DNA from: an uncultured Planctomycetales bacterium
Lineage (GTDB): Bacteria; Omnitrophota; Gorgyraeia; Zapsychrales; CAYRXT01
Assembly: GCA_964428315.1 (NCBI GenBank)
Contig: CAYRXT010000003.1
Coordinates: 4,151-68,150, forward strand
DNA: 64,000 bases
Reading direction: 5' to 3'
The position numbers and the translations under genes were made by a program. The notes beneath the pieces were generated by a model, which was not told where the DNA came from, made no database searches, and saw only the letters and a list, made by a program, of their open reading frames with translations. Shown piece by piece: positions 41,024 through 50,292 of the stretch (position 1 is its first letter; the number at the start of each line of letters is the position of its first letter).

Positions 41024-41854
41024 TCATTTTTGATACGGCCTCACCCTAGGCGGTTCATCCAGCCAGATGTAGATGTCCTCTTTAAAGGCCTCAATGGTCC
41101 ATCGATAAAAATCGTTCAGCGAGTAGGCGTATAACAGGCCTTTTCCCAACTTCGATTCAGCGATCCGGTGCCCCTTTTGCAGAAAACGTTCAAAAATCTT
41201 CACATTGCGGTTGCGTTTGATAGCGCATTCCCGGTAATACACAAAAAGATAAAACGGCTCCTCGGCGATGTCCTGCCCGCGGACGACCGGGTGTATGAAT
41301 TCCTTTGTGTATCGATAGGGGACCCCCATAATCATCTCGACATGGTGCACCAAAGACGTAGTCAGCCGGGGCGGCAACCCCATGCTGACGCAAAGCGTTT
41401 CTCGTTCGAGCAAGCGCGCCTTGGGAGTTTGCGGACCGTAGGCATGGCGGGAGACATCGCTGCACATCTCTCTGGCTTCCCGGCCGATGGCCGCATACGA
41501 CGTAAAGGGATGAAAACTCCGGACCGCACCCTCTCGTGTCCGGATGTACTCCGTCAGGACACCCCGTTCGCTTTTTGTCGTACGGGGATCAAAGGGTTCC
41601 TTTGTATTGCACAGGTAAGTGCTGGAAGTGCTCACGACGATCGTCCCCTTGTTCAGATCGACCAAATCCGAAAGAACACGAAAATGAGCCTCCAGGATAT
41701 CTTCTTTTTTTCGGGATTCAAAATATCCAAGTTTGAGCAGGTCTGTCTTGAGAAGGACCGTCATGCCCCTCCTGACCCCGACCTCCTCGTAGGCCCTGCG
41801 TAAATCCTCCGCCGTATAATCCACCATGTTTTTCCCCCGTTTGCTTACCGACAT
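41024..41854 (-). CDS. AAC(3)-family (aminoglycoside N3-acetyltransferase-like) amino-sugar N-acetyltransferase
   Basis: Antibiotic_NAT-like: ...LGVRRGMTVLLKTDLLKLGYF... and FDP...T are motifs of the AAC(3) fold. Confidence 0.45.
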   Translation of the reverse strand: MSVSKRGKNMVDYTAEDLRRAYEEVGVRRGMTVLLKTDLLKLGYFESRKKEDILEAHFRVLSDLVDLNKGTIVVSTSSTYLCNTKEPFDPRTTKSERGVLTEYIRTREGAVRSFHPFTSYAAIGREAREMCSDVSRHAYGPQTPKARLLERETLCVSMGLPPRLTTSLVHHVEMIMGVPYRYTKEFIHPVVRGQDIAEEPFYLFVYYRECAIKRNRNVKIFERFLQKGHRIAESKLGKGLLYAYSLNDFYRWTIEAFKEDIYIWLDEPPRVRPYQK

Positions 41855-43134
41855 CAGGACCGGAAAACGGCCTTAAGCGGAACTCCCTTAATCATTTTTT
41901 TCACACTATTAGTCTCCAGCGCTTTCTTTATGATCCCGAGCGTCTGCCGGTAAACACGCAGAGTGATTTTGATCTCCCTGTCAGTATGACGGTAACAGAC
42001 AAGATGGTTTCCCGTAAAGAGAAGACCACGCTTGATGCATTCCTGCTGGAAAAGGCTCTTCACGAGAAGATCTTCGCGCCCCTGCCTGTCGTAAAAGAAA
42101 ATCTTGTTTCTGGGGGCAAACCCCACACATCGCGTCAAGGAACCGAGCCCAAGTTCCCCGGCCAGTTTATTGTAACCGCTCTGCAGTTGTTCCCCTTGTC
42201 TCCACAAACGGGGAATCACTCTTTGCTTCTTGATCTCCCTAATCGTTGCCAGCGCCGCCGCAATGGAAACAATCTCGCCGCCAAACGTAAAGGAAAAAAA
42301 GACCTTATCGAAGTCCTTCATGATATCCCTTTTTCCCACGACCGCTGAAATGGGAAAACCGTTTCCCATGGCCTTTCCGAAACAGGCCAGATCCGGGACA
42401 ACGCCGAAATATTCCTGGGCTCCGCCGAGGGTAAAGCGGAACCCCGTCACGATTTCGTCAAAAATCAGCAAGGCGCCGTTGCCGTGTGCCAGCCGCTTCA
42501 CCTTGCGCAGGAAGCCGTTCTTCGGAGATTCCATGCCCACAGGCTCCATAATCACACAGGCGATCTCTCCTTTGTTTTTGTCAAAAATCTTTTTCAGTCC
42601 ACTCAAATCATTATATTGAAAAGGCAGGGTCAGTTTTTTCGTGCATTCCGGGACACCTCTATTCCAGGCTGTCGTCGCGATATACCAGTCCTGCCAACCA
42701 TGGTATCCGCAGCAGGCCACCTTTTCTCTCCCGGTAACCGCCCGCGCCAGCCTGACCGCTCCAGAGGTCGCGTCCGAACCGTTTTTTCCGAAACGCGCCA
42801 TCTGCGCGCAGGGGATGATGTCACACAAAACACGGGCCAGCTCATGCTCCAGTGGATGCGGAAGCGTAAATGTCGTTCCTTTCCCCAGAACACCTTTAAC
42901 GGCAGACGTGACCGCGGGATGATTATGTCCCAATATGACCGGGCCCAGGGCCATCAGGTAATCGATATATCTGTTGCCGTCCACGTCCCAGACGTAACAG
43001 CCTTTTCCTTTTTTGATAAAGGCCGGGGCAACACCCTCTACAAACTGGGACGACCCCTTGCTAAGAGTCTGCGTCGCGCCGGGGATCCGTTGGCGGGCCT
43101 TCTTCAACAACCGTTTCGACTGGGACATTTGCAT
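41854..43134 (-). CDS. class III PLP aminotransferase (glutamate-1-semialdehyde 2,1-aminomutase-like)
   Basis: ...YIDYLMALGPVILGHNHP...FDEIVTGFRFTLGGAQEYFGVVPDLACFGKAMGNGFP... is the GSA-AT/class III fold with the Lys in FGKAMG. Confidence 0.75.
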   Translation of the reverse strand: MQMSQSKRLLKKARQRIPGATQTLSKGSSQFVEGVAPAFIKKGKGCYVWDVDGNRYIDYLMALGPVILGHNHPAVTSAVKGVLGKGTTFTLPHPLEHELARVLCDIIPCAQMARFGKNGSDATSGAVRLARAVTGREKVACCGYHGWQDWYIATTAWNRGVPECTKKLTLPFQYNDLSGLKKIFDKNKGEIACVIMEPVGMESPKNGFLRKVKRLAHGNGALLIFDEIVTGFRFTLGGAQEYFGVVPDLACFGKAMGNGFPISAVVGKRDIMKDFDKVFFSFTFGGEIVSIAAALATIREIKKQRVIPRLWRQGEQLQSGYNKLAGELGLGSLTRCVGFAPRNKIFFYDRQGREDLLVKSLFQQECIKRGLLFTGNHLVCYRHTDREIKITLRVYRQTLGIIKKALETNSVKKMIKGVPLKAVFRS

Positions 43135-43165
43135 CGATCAAATCTCTCATACACTCATCGGTGTC

Positions 43166-43891
43166 TTACCACTTGACTATCAGGATATCCTCACGCGTCT
43201 TGTTCATCGGCAACCCGTCTCTCTGGGGTAAAAGATACGTCTCACAGCCCATGCCGCGGTACCTCTGCAAAATGGAAAACACCACGCTCTCGTCGAATTC
43301 TCCCTCTTTAAAGGTATTCCATTCGACCTTCGGGGGTTCCGCGGTCTTCGCCCATTCCATGTGCAAACGCCTGCCGGCCTCCGAGCCGAGGAAGCGCCTC
43401 TTTTTCGTGATATTGGGCAGGTCTCCCAAAAGAAGCCGGCCACCGTTCTTCAAAAGCGAAACGGCCTTGTCCAGGAATCGGAACATGTTACCGTGGACAA
43501 AGACGATCTGGATCACGCTGTAAACGATGACATAATCGATGCCGTCCTTGTATTCTTCAATAAAGTCAGAACATATCGGAAACTCGCACGAGATTTTTTC
43601 AAGAAAGCTCTCATCGGGAAGCTGATCGAGCATCTCCTTGGAATCGATCAGGATAAGAGGATTCTTGTTGACCCGTGCGAAGTCTATCAGGTCGCGCGCC
43701 GGCGTACTGCATCCGCAGCCGATATCGCAGATGACGCCGCCCGGTTGGATATCCAGTTTGTCACGGACATCGGGAACAATATTCTTCTCTTTGTTCTCTG
43801 GCCCAACATGGATCTGCGCGCGTCCGACCTTTTCAAAGGCGCGCAGTTTTTCGTCCCTGGCTTTCCTGCGAAAATCGTCAAACGTCAGCAT
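43166..43891 (-). CDS. class I SAM-dependent methyltransferase
   Basis: VICDIGCGCS Gly-rich motif I and ...LKNGGRLLLGD... 241 aa. Confidence 0.6.
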   Translation of the reverse strand: MLTFDDFRRKARDEKLRAFEKVGRAQIHVGPENKEKNIVPDVRDKLDIQPGGVICDIGCGCSTPARDLIDFARVNKNPLILIDSKEMLDQLPDESFLEKISCEFPICSDFIEEYKDGIDYVIVYSVIQIVFVHGNMFRFLDKAVSLLKNGGRLLLGDLPNITKKRRFLGSEAGRRLHMEWAKTAEPPKVEWNTFKEGEFDESVVFSILQRYRGMGCETYLLPQRDGLPMNKTREDILIVKW

Positions 43892-44943
43892 GGCATGGCC
43901 TCCATGACATTGTTTTTGAACGTGTCCGCGTCCTTCAAAAAAAAGGCCTTGTCGAAATATTTAACGCCGCGGAACAACGGCACCATCTTCGTCCCGAACC
44001 CCCGTTTGAAATGGCTGATGTTGATCTGTTTGGCGTCCAGGTAGCTTCCGAATCCGTCGACCCGGTTGAACCCGCACGGCCTCGCTAATTGCAAAAATTC
44101 AAAACCCCGGTTCTTATAATACTGGACCGCGCGCCAGATCAGGACATGGTAGACCGGGAGGCTCCCGTATTCGGGATCATCCGAACCGCTGGCGTACACC
44201 GCGGTCCTGCCCTGATGAAAAAAATACAGGAAACCGATGAAGCGCCGTTTTTTCTTCAGCCCGAAAAGGCTGGCCTCGTCGTTCTTCAACATGGCGAACT
44301 GCAGGTCAAAGGTTTTTTTGCCGCGCGTGACCCGGCCCGCGCATTGCCGGTGAAGCTTCCGGTAGGTCTCATGGACCTTATAATCCGGTTTGTGGAAGTC
44401 AAACAGGACAACCTGCAAGGCTTTGTCGTCCATGATCTTTTTGATACTGCGCCGGTGGTTCTCCCGGAACGACCGGAAAATGCTCTGGCCGCCGGGCCGC
44501 AGGTCGATGATTCCGTCCGTGGAAGAGGTGTCCATATAGCCGAACGCGAGCAGATTGTTGAACTTCTCGCGGTATTCCATGACCAGAGGATCCAGATAAA
44601 AACGGATAACCGCGATCCTGTGCTCCCGGGCCAGCCCGTCAATAAAAGCGAACATCTCCTTTTCCACTTTTTCGTCCGACGCCAGCGGGGCGGGGACATA
44701 ACCTCCGGAGGCCGTCATGCATCGGCGTCCCATGCGTTCCTCGACCGGAAGAAAACAGATGCCGACCGGATCCTTGCCGCGCAGGGCCACAAAGCTGAGA
44801 TCATCAACCATTGCCGTGGAATAGGTCAGCATATAATCCAGACAGCGGGGGAGGTAACGATAACTGGCAGGATAACCGTCGAGAAAGGCCTTCCATTTCT
44901 TGACGAACTCCTTCTCGTTATCTTTTCTAAACAAGATATTCAT
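43885..44943 (-). CDS. FemAB/BioF2-like (Acetyltransf_6) GNAT-fold acyl/aminoacyl transferase
   Basis: ...HRRSIKKIMDDKALQVVLFD... and ...FIGFLYFFHQGRTAVYASGSDDPEYGSLPVYHVLIWRAVQYYKNRGFEFLQL... match the FemAB-family C-terminal pattern. Confidence 0.5.
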   Translation of the reverse strand: MNILFRKDNEKEFVKKWKAFLDGYPASYRYLPRCLDYMLTYSTAMVDDLSFVALRGKDPVGICFLPVEERMGRRCMTASGGYVPAPLASDEKVEKEMFAFIDGLAREHRIAVIRFYLDPLVMEYREKFNNLLAFGYMDTSSTDGIIDLRPGGQSIFRSFRENHRRSIKKIMDDKALQVVLFDFHKPDYKVHETYRKLHRQCAGRVTRGKKTFDLQFAMLKNDEASLFGLKKKRRFIGFLYFFHQGRTAVYASGSDDPEYGSLPVYHVLIWRAVQYYKNRGFEFLQLARPCGFNRVDGFGSYLDAKQINISHFKRGFGTKMVPLFRGVKYFDKAFFLKDADTFKNNVMEAMPC

Positions 44944-46261
44944 AATGAACAGTTTTGTTCGATGACAGTTCTTTCTTGTTTTCGTAAACCTTACAGAAGG
45001 CACGAACAATATCTTTTATATCACTTTTTTTCAGTGGATAACGGCAAAGCCCGGTCGTTATCAACGCTTCCGCGTGCATCTTTTCGGCGACAGGACAGAT
45101 ACCCGGAGAATAGTCCACACGACCTTTATAATAAGGCGGCCGGAACGGATAGCCTTGCCGGCCGAGTGCGGTCTTTTTTTGATACATGGGTTCGAAATAA
45201 ATCGGCCGGACGTAGCCTTCGCCAAGGGGTATGCCTTCCGCCCTGACAGCTTTTACAAAAATACCGCGTGAAAAACCGGCAGTTTCTGCCTTCAATTTTA
45301 TGGGGAAAGAAAAATACACGTGACGGTTGCCCGGCCGAATTAAGGGTAATTCCAGTCCCGGCAATCCCGCTTTTTTCAAGCCGTCTCGCAAGGTGTCGGC
45401 CAATTCAATGCGGTATTCTGTCAAATACTCAAGCTTGTCGAACTGCGCAATACCCACTGCCGCTTCCAGTTCCGTCATTCGGTAATTCCAACCCAGCATA
45501 TTGACGATATCGTTCATCTTCATCTTTCCGACCACAACCTCTCCGTGGTTACGGATCAGACGCGCCTTCTCGGCGATCCTCGCATCATTTGTCATGATCA
45601 TGCCGCCCTCACCGGTCGTCATCGTCTTTTGCTGGTTAAAACTGAAAACACCGGCGGTGCCGATCGTTCCTACGTAGCGGCCTTTATAAGTTGCCGCCGG
45701 CGACTGCGCGCAGTCCTCGATAAGCGCCAGTCTGTACCGCCTTGCCAAGGTCTTGAGCCCGGACATATCGGCGGCCTGTCCGAAGAGATGCACCACAACA
45801 ATCGCCCTGGTGTATTTCGTAATCTTCTTTCTCACGCATTCGGGATCCAGACCGAAGATGTCCTCCTGTATATCGGCAAAAACCGGAATGCCGCCGGTCA
45901 TAACAATGGCGGAGGCCGAAGCGGACATCGTATAGGGCGTGACAATCACCTCGTCGCCGGGGCCGACCCCGGCGGCGGCCAGCGCGGCATGCAGACCAGC
46001 CGTCGCCGAATTGACCGCCACGGCATATTGTATTTCGAAATACCGGCAAAAGCGCCTCTCCAGTTCCCGAACCTTCGGTCCTCCGAGAAACGGCTCACCG
46101 GGCGAAGCCAGAAATCCGGACAAAATCCCGCTTTTCAGGACGTCCCTGACCTGGCGCAACTCCTCTTTGCCGAGGACAGGATGAGCGGAAAACGGTTTCA
46201 GTCGAACCTTTTTTCCCCCGAACAAGGCCAATGCCGGGCGTTTCTTAGCAGCTGAGCTCAT
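44927..46261 (-). CDS. DegT/DnrJ/EryC1/StrS family PLP sugar aminotransferase
   Basis: ...AVAVNSATAGLHAAL...VIVTPYTMSAS...FSFNQQKTMTTGEGG... places the conserved Lys in FNQQK. Confidence 0.8.
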   Translation of the reverse strand: MSSAAKKRPALALFGGKKVRLKPFSAHPVLGKEELRQVRDVLKSGILSGFLASPGEPFLGGPKVRELERRFCRYFEIQYAVAVNSATAGLHAALAAAGVGPGDEVIVTPYTMSASASAIVMTGGIPVFADIQEDIFGLDPECVRKKITKYTRAIVVVHLFGQAADMSGLKTLARRYRLALIEDCAQSPAATYKGRYVGTIGTAGVFSFNQQKTMTTGEGGMIMTNDARIAEKARLIRNHGEVVVGKMKMNDIVNMLGWNYRMTELEAAVGIAQFDKLEYLTEYRIELADTLRDGLKKAGLPGLELPLIRPGNRHVYFSFPIKLKAETAGFSRGIFVKAVRAEGIPLGEGYVRPIYFEPMYQKKTALGRQGYPFRPPYYKGRVDYSPGICPVAEKMHAEALITTGLCRYPLKKSDIKDIVRAFCKVYENKKELSSNKTVHYEYLV

Positions 46262-47253
46262 CTCAATCTGATCCTCCTTTGCTTCCGGGCCGAAAGGACC
46301 AAGGCCTCGACAACCCTTAGTGATTTTAAAGCATCACGCCCCGGTGAAAGGGGTTTCTCTCTTTTCTCCAGACACCGGATGATATGATCGACTCCCTGCT
46401 CCAGGGAGATCGGCCCGCGGCGATTCTTAAAGGGCAAGCCCCCTCTTGCCGAAAGTCTTCTGAGTTTCAATAACGGGTTGATATCAGACGACTCAAAATA
46501 TTCAACCGTCTGGTCAAACCGGACGCGCGCGCGGGATCCCACGATATCGATTTCAAGAATGATAAAATTTCTGTCGTCGCAGGCTTTTAACGCGACATCG
46601 GGTCCCCCTCGAAATCGAATAACCCCGTCGAGATTCGGATCACCCCTCCTGCGCGAAACGTTCCAGCTGGGATGAGCCAAAACCTCAACCGGCTCTCCGA
46701 AAAGAAATCTTAAATAATCCACAACATGGATCCCCGTGTTAAAAATGCCTCGGGTGTAGTAGACATTCACCTGCTGAATGCGCCCCACTTCCAGACGGCG
46801 GATCTTCGCAGCAAGCTCACGGTGAAAGGGATCAAAACGACGCTGATGGTTGACCATTAACAAAACCCGTTTACGGGCGCAGGCCTTCACGATAATCTCG
46901 GCGTCGCGTGAAATCGAAGCAATCGGCTTTTCGCAAAAAATCGCCTTAACCGGATAGTGGAGCACGGCCCTGATGACATCCAGATGAGTTGGCGACGGCG
47001 TACATACACTCACAATATCCACCGCTTCGTTTTCCATCATTTTCCCAATGTCCTTATAGGCGGAGGGCACGCGCCACTTTTTTTGAAAGGCCCGGCGTCT
47101 GGAGGCGTTGGGTTCGCAAACAGCTGCCAGTTCCGTGCGCAGATGCTTCGTGTACGCGCCGGCATGGGTGAGGACGAAAGGTCCACTGGTACCGGTGTCA
47201 AACCCGCCTGCGATCCGTCCGCAGCCAATGATGCCTGTCTTATAGATTCTCAT
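46258..47253 (-). CDS. Gfo/Idh/MocA family NAD-dependent sugar oxidoreductase (WbpB-like)
   Basis: MRIYKTGIIGCGRIAGG... Rossmann N-terminus with ...EKPIA... Co-occurs with a DegT aminotransferase, as in oxidise-then-transaminate pairs. Confidence 0.7.
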   Translation of the reverse strand: MRIYKTGIIGCGRIAGGFDTGTSGPFVLTHAGAYTKHLRTELAAVCEPNASRRRAFQKKWRVPSAYKDIGKMMENEAVDIVSVCTPSPTHLDVIRAVLHYPVKAIFCEKPIASISRDAEIIVKACARKRVLLMVNHQRRFDPFHRELAAKIRRLEVGRIQQVNVYYTRGIFNTGIHVVDYLRFLFGEPVEVLAHPSWNVSRRRGDPNLDGVIRFRGGPDVALKACDDRNFIILEIDIVGSRARVRFDQTVEYFESSDINPLLKLRRLSARGGLPFKNRRGPISLEQGVDHIIRCLEKREKPLSPGRDALKSLRVVEALVLSARKQRRIRLR

Positions 47254-47792
47254 TTCCTCCGGTATTCCCTGCGCAGGATGCTCATCCGCAGGGCGTCATA
47301 AAAACGGTTATTGCGAAAAATCTCATCCCGCAGGACGCCCTCTTTGACAAAACCAGCCTTCTCGTAAGTCTTCACGGCAGCCAAATAGTCGGCGTTCACC
47401 CCCAGAAATATCTTATGGAAGTTCAGCTTCTCGAATCCGTACTGGACCATCAGCCTGGTCGCTTCGGTGGCAAAGCCCTTGTTCCATTTTGTTTTTTCAC
47501 CGATGAAGATCCTGTACTCGGCGGCATGCGTGACGGCGCGGATCCCGTAAAAACCGCACCATCCGACAGGCCTGGCGGTCTTCTTGTCCACGATCGTCAT
47601 GGGAATGGTTTTCGTGTCGCGTATCTCCTTCTGCCACTGTTCGTCCAAGACTTCAAGATGCGTCGGCCTTTCCCCCATGATCATAAATTTCGTTACCTCG
47701 GGGTCATTAAGCCAGTGCAAGATAAATGAAAGGTCCTCCCGGGTCGTTCCGCGCAGATCCAACCTCTTCCCCCCCAAAAATGGTGAATTCAT
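47250..47792 (-). CDS. GNAT family N-acetyltransferase (PseH-like candidate)
   Basis: RimJ/RimL-like GNAT core: ...VGWCGFYGI...WNKGFATEATRLMVQYGFEKLNFHKIFLGVNADYLAAVKTYEKAGF... Start at M17 abuts the upstream stop. Confidence 0.6.
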   Translation of the reverse strand: MNSPFLGGKRLDLRGTTREDLSFILHWLNDPEVTKFMIMGERPTHLEVLDEQWQKEIRDTKTIPMTIVDKKTARPVGWCGFYGIRAVTHAAEYRIFIGEKTKWNKGFATEATRLMVQYGFEKLNFHKIFLGVNADYLAAVKTYEKAGFVKEGVLRDEIFRNNRFYDALRMSILRREYRRK

Positions 47793-48559
47793 GAATCGGC
47801 CTCCTTTTTTGTGCTCGACGGCCTCAGACGCGTGTTCCATCGCTCATTGATTCTTTTAAGTTCCGGCCGCCTGTCCAGCAGCCGGCAAATATCTTCCAGA
47901 AGAAACATCTCCTTTTGCGGATAAAGGGCCTCGATGATCTGCCCGATGAGTTGATAATCCTCTTCGTAATCAAGAGTCAAACGAAGATCCGAAAGATCCC
48001 AGTCACAGCGCGGTCCGTCAACGCGGAACCTCTGCGGATGCCTCAAAACATAAGCCCAGGCATCGGCCCGCCACCTCTTTTTTTTCACTTCCCTATCGAG
48101 CCTCTCCAAGGTTGAAAGGGGCATCACGGCCACATCCATGCCATCGGGAAAACCCCGTGCACTTCCCGTATTCACATAGTCCAACTCCGACTCTCGATCA
48201 CAATAAAAGCGAATCGCTGAATCAATGATACGCGGATCCGTTAACGGACAATCAGCGCCGATCCGCACAATAACATTCCCCTGAAATCGCCTTGCTGCTT
48301 CCAGGTTGCGACTGATAAGATCCGCTTCACTGCCGGCATAAAAGTCGACCCCTTCCGCCTGAGCAAATTCCACAATGGGCGTGTTGGCAGGCGTATCAGC
48401 GGTTGCGATAACAATTTTGTCGATGAATTTGGCATGAGCCATTCGCCGGTATTGATACCATAACAAAGCCCTGTCCAGCACCCTCATAAGCGACTTTCCT
48501 CTAAGTCGGCTCGAGTTAAATCGCGCCTGAATAATTCCTAATCGCATATCCGAACCCAT
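47789..48559 (-). CDS. CMP-sugar cytidylyltransferase (SpsF/NeuA/PseF family)
   Basis: LGIIQARFNSSRLRGKSL is the CTP_transf_3 P-loop-like N-terminus. 256 aa. Confidence 0.6.
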   Translation of the reverse strand: MGSDMRLGIIQARFNSSRLRGKSLMRVLDRALLWYQYRRMAHAKFIDKIVIATADTPANTPIVEFAQAEGVDFYAGSEADLISRNLEAARRFQGNVIVRIGADCPLTDPRIIDSAIRFYCDRESELDYVNTGSARGFPDGMDVAVMPLSTLERLDREVKKKRWRADAWAYVLRHPQRFRVDGPRCDWDLSDLRLTLDYEEDYQLIGQIIEALYPQKEMFLLEDICRLLDRRPELKRINERWNTRLRPSSTKKEADS

Positions 48560-50292
48560 CGTTTTAGCCTGTTGGACTGCTTCATCTTGTGCAGAATGTG
48601 TTGGATGCGGATACCTTTTTCTAAATCAATCGGGGAATCGGCGTCCCCGTTGACACACTGCACAAAGCATGCGATCTCGCGTTTATATATAGCGTCGATC
48701 TCCTTGGCCCTGCAAAACACTTGCCATCGGTTCTTTTTCACTTCATAGACCTTAACAACACCTTTCAAAAGATCACAAACAATCGCACCCTTTTCACCGA
48801 TTACATCCATTGTCCGCGTTGTGGGTCTCATAATGTAATCCGCGTGGCACTGCATAATAAAATTTTCATGGAATTTAATCAACAACTCGGCAGTATCTTC
48901 CACATCCGTTTTCAAAGAGGTGCGCCTATCCGCCCAACAAAATATTTCTTTCACCTCTCCGAACAAAAACCCTGCATTGAACACGTGATGGCTCAATGTG
49001 TCCAAAATCACGCCGCCTCCAAGGATCCTCCGAGCCCCGTACTCTGTGCTATAATCCTGCGTGGGGTGCCTGTCCGGAAGATAAGAACCGGCAAATGTCT
49101 TGGCTGAAATCAGAGGACCGATAATCCCTGATTGTAATATTTTTTTAACAGTGTTAAGACACTGGCTGAACGCGTTATTATAACCTATAAAAGTAACCAG
49201 CCGCTTCTTTCCGACAATATCGAGAAGACTGTCCAGGCCCCTCATATTATGGGAAAGCGGCTTTTCGATAAAAAGATGACAGCCTTGCTTCGCGGCTTTC
49301 AAGGCGTAGGGGACATGCAGAGAAGTCGGCGTCGTAATGAATACGGCGTCAGGTTTTGATTCCCAGCAGGCCTTCAACTCCGTCAAACATGCAATGTTGG
49401 AAGATATCTTTCTAACCTCAACAAATCGTGAAGGATCAATATCGTAAGCCAAAAGACGTCCGGCCTTCTGGGCCAGCAAATTCTTCAAGTGCCTCTGTCC
49501 GATGGATCCGCACCCGATGACAAGGAACGTCTTGATCCTTCTTTTGGCCTTCTGGATAAAATCCGGATTTCTCTTCTGCGCGGACATCTCTTTAAACATC
49601 GCTTTATGCCGGGAATAATACCGGACGATGTCCTTCAAGCCGAAATTTTCGTTGGCCTTCTTCATGTCCGCGACCATAATGTTGATGGTCTTGAGGTCAA
49701 CGGGATAATCAACAGTCAAATGGATATGGGAATAGTCTTTGTTCAACCGCAATCTGTTGATCTTGAACTCCTTCTGCTGTCTCATCCACCTGTTGGGGAA
49801 TTCGCGGAAAAAAGGATCCTCCAGATTCTTGGCGAGATAACGCAGCAGTGCCCCGGAATAGATTTCCGCGTTGAGCCCGAAGGGAAATGTCAGCGGGATG
49901 TTATTGGTTGTGTACGGCTTTTTGTTCTTCAGGCTTTTGAGAACCATGCGGTCGATCCAGACAGGATCAATCAAAGGACAGTCTCCCCACACGCGCACCA
50001 CCCAGTCCGCCTTAAACTTCCGGCACGCGCCGTCGAGGCGGCCGACGATGTCCTCGTTCGCGCCCCGGGAATACGGGATCTTTTTCCTCTTCAGAAAGGC
50101 CGCCAGCTTATCGTCGCTGGAACGGCGGGTCGTCGCGACACAAACCTGGTCGACCAGGCGGCACTTTTTCAGCCGCCCAGCAATGAATTCGACCATCGGT
50201 TTGCCGCCGATCTTCTTAAGCGGCTTGCCGGGAAGACGGCTGGACCCCATCCTGGACTGAATGAGCGCTATGACCTTTGCCTTCTTCTTCAT
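48538..50292 (-). CDS. fusion protein: SpsF-like cytidylyltransferase (N-terminal) plus Gfo/Idh/MocA oxidoreductase (C-terminal)
   Basis: N-terminus KVIALIQSRMGSSRLPGKPL (cytidylyltransferase). C-terminal half IKTFLVIGCGSIGQRHL...IEKPLS... (Gfo/Idh/MocA Rossmann plus EKP motif). Confidence 0.65.
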   Translation of the reverse strand: MKKKAKVIALIQSRMGSSRLPGKPLKKIGGKPMVEFIAGRLKKCRLVDQVCVATTRRSSDDKLAAFLKRKKIPYSRGANEDIVGRLDGACRKFKADWVVRVWGDCPLIDPVWIDRMVLKSLKNKKPYTTNNIPLTFPFGLNAEIYSGALLRYLAKNLEDPFFREFPNRWMRQQKEFKINRLRLNKDYSHIHLTVDYPVDLKTINIMVADMKKANENFGLKDIVRYYSRHKAMFKEMSAQKRNPDFIQKAKRRIKTFLVIGCGSIGQRHLKNLLAQKAGRLLAYDIDPSRFVEVRKISSNIACLTELKACWESKPDAVFITTPTSLHVPYALKAAKQGCHLFIEKPLSHNMRGLDSLLDIVGKKRLVTFIGYNNAFSQCLNTVKKILQSGIIGPLISAKTFAGSYLPDRHPTQDYSTEYGARRILGGGVILDTLSHHVFNAGFLFGEVKEIFCWADRRTSLKTDVEDTAELLIKFHENFIMQCHADYIMRPTTRTMDVIGEKGAIVCDLLKGVVKVYEVKKNRWQVFCRAKEIDAIYKREIACFVQCVNGDADSPIDLEKGIRIQHILHKMKQSNRLKRWVRICD

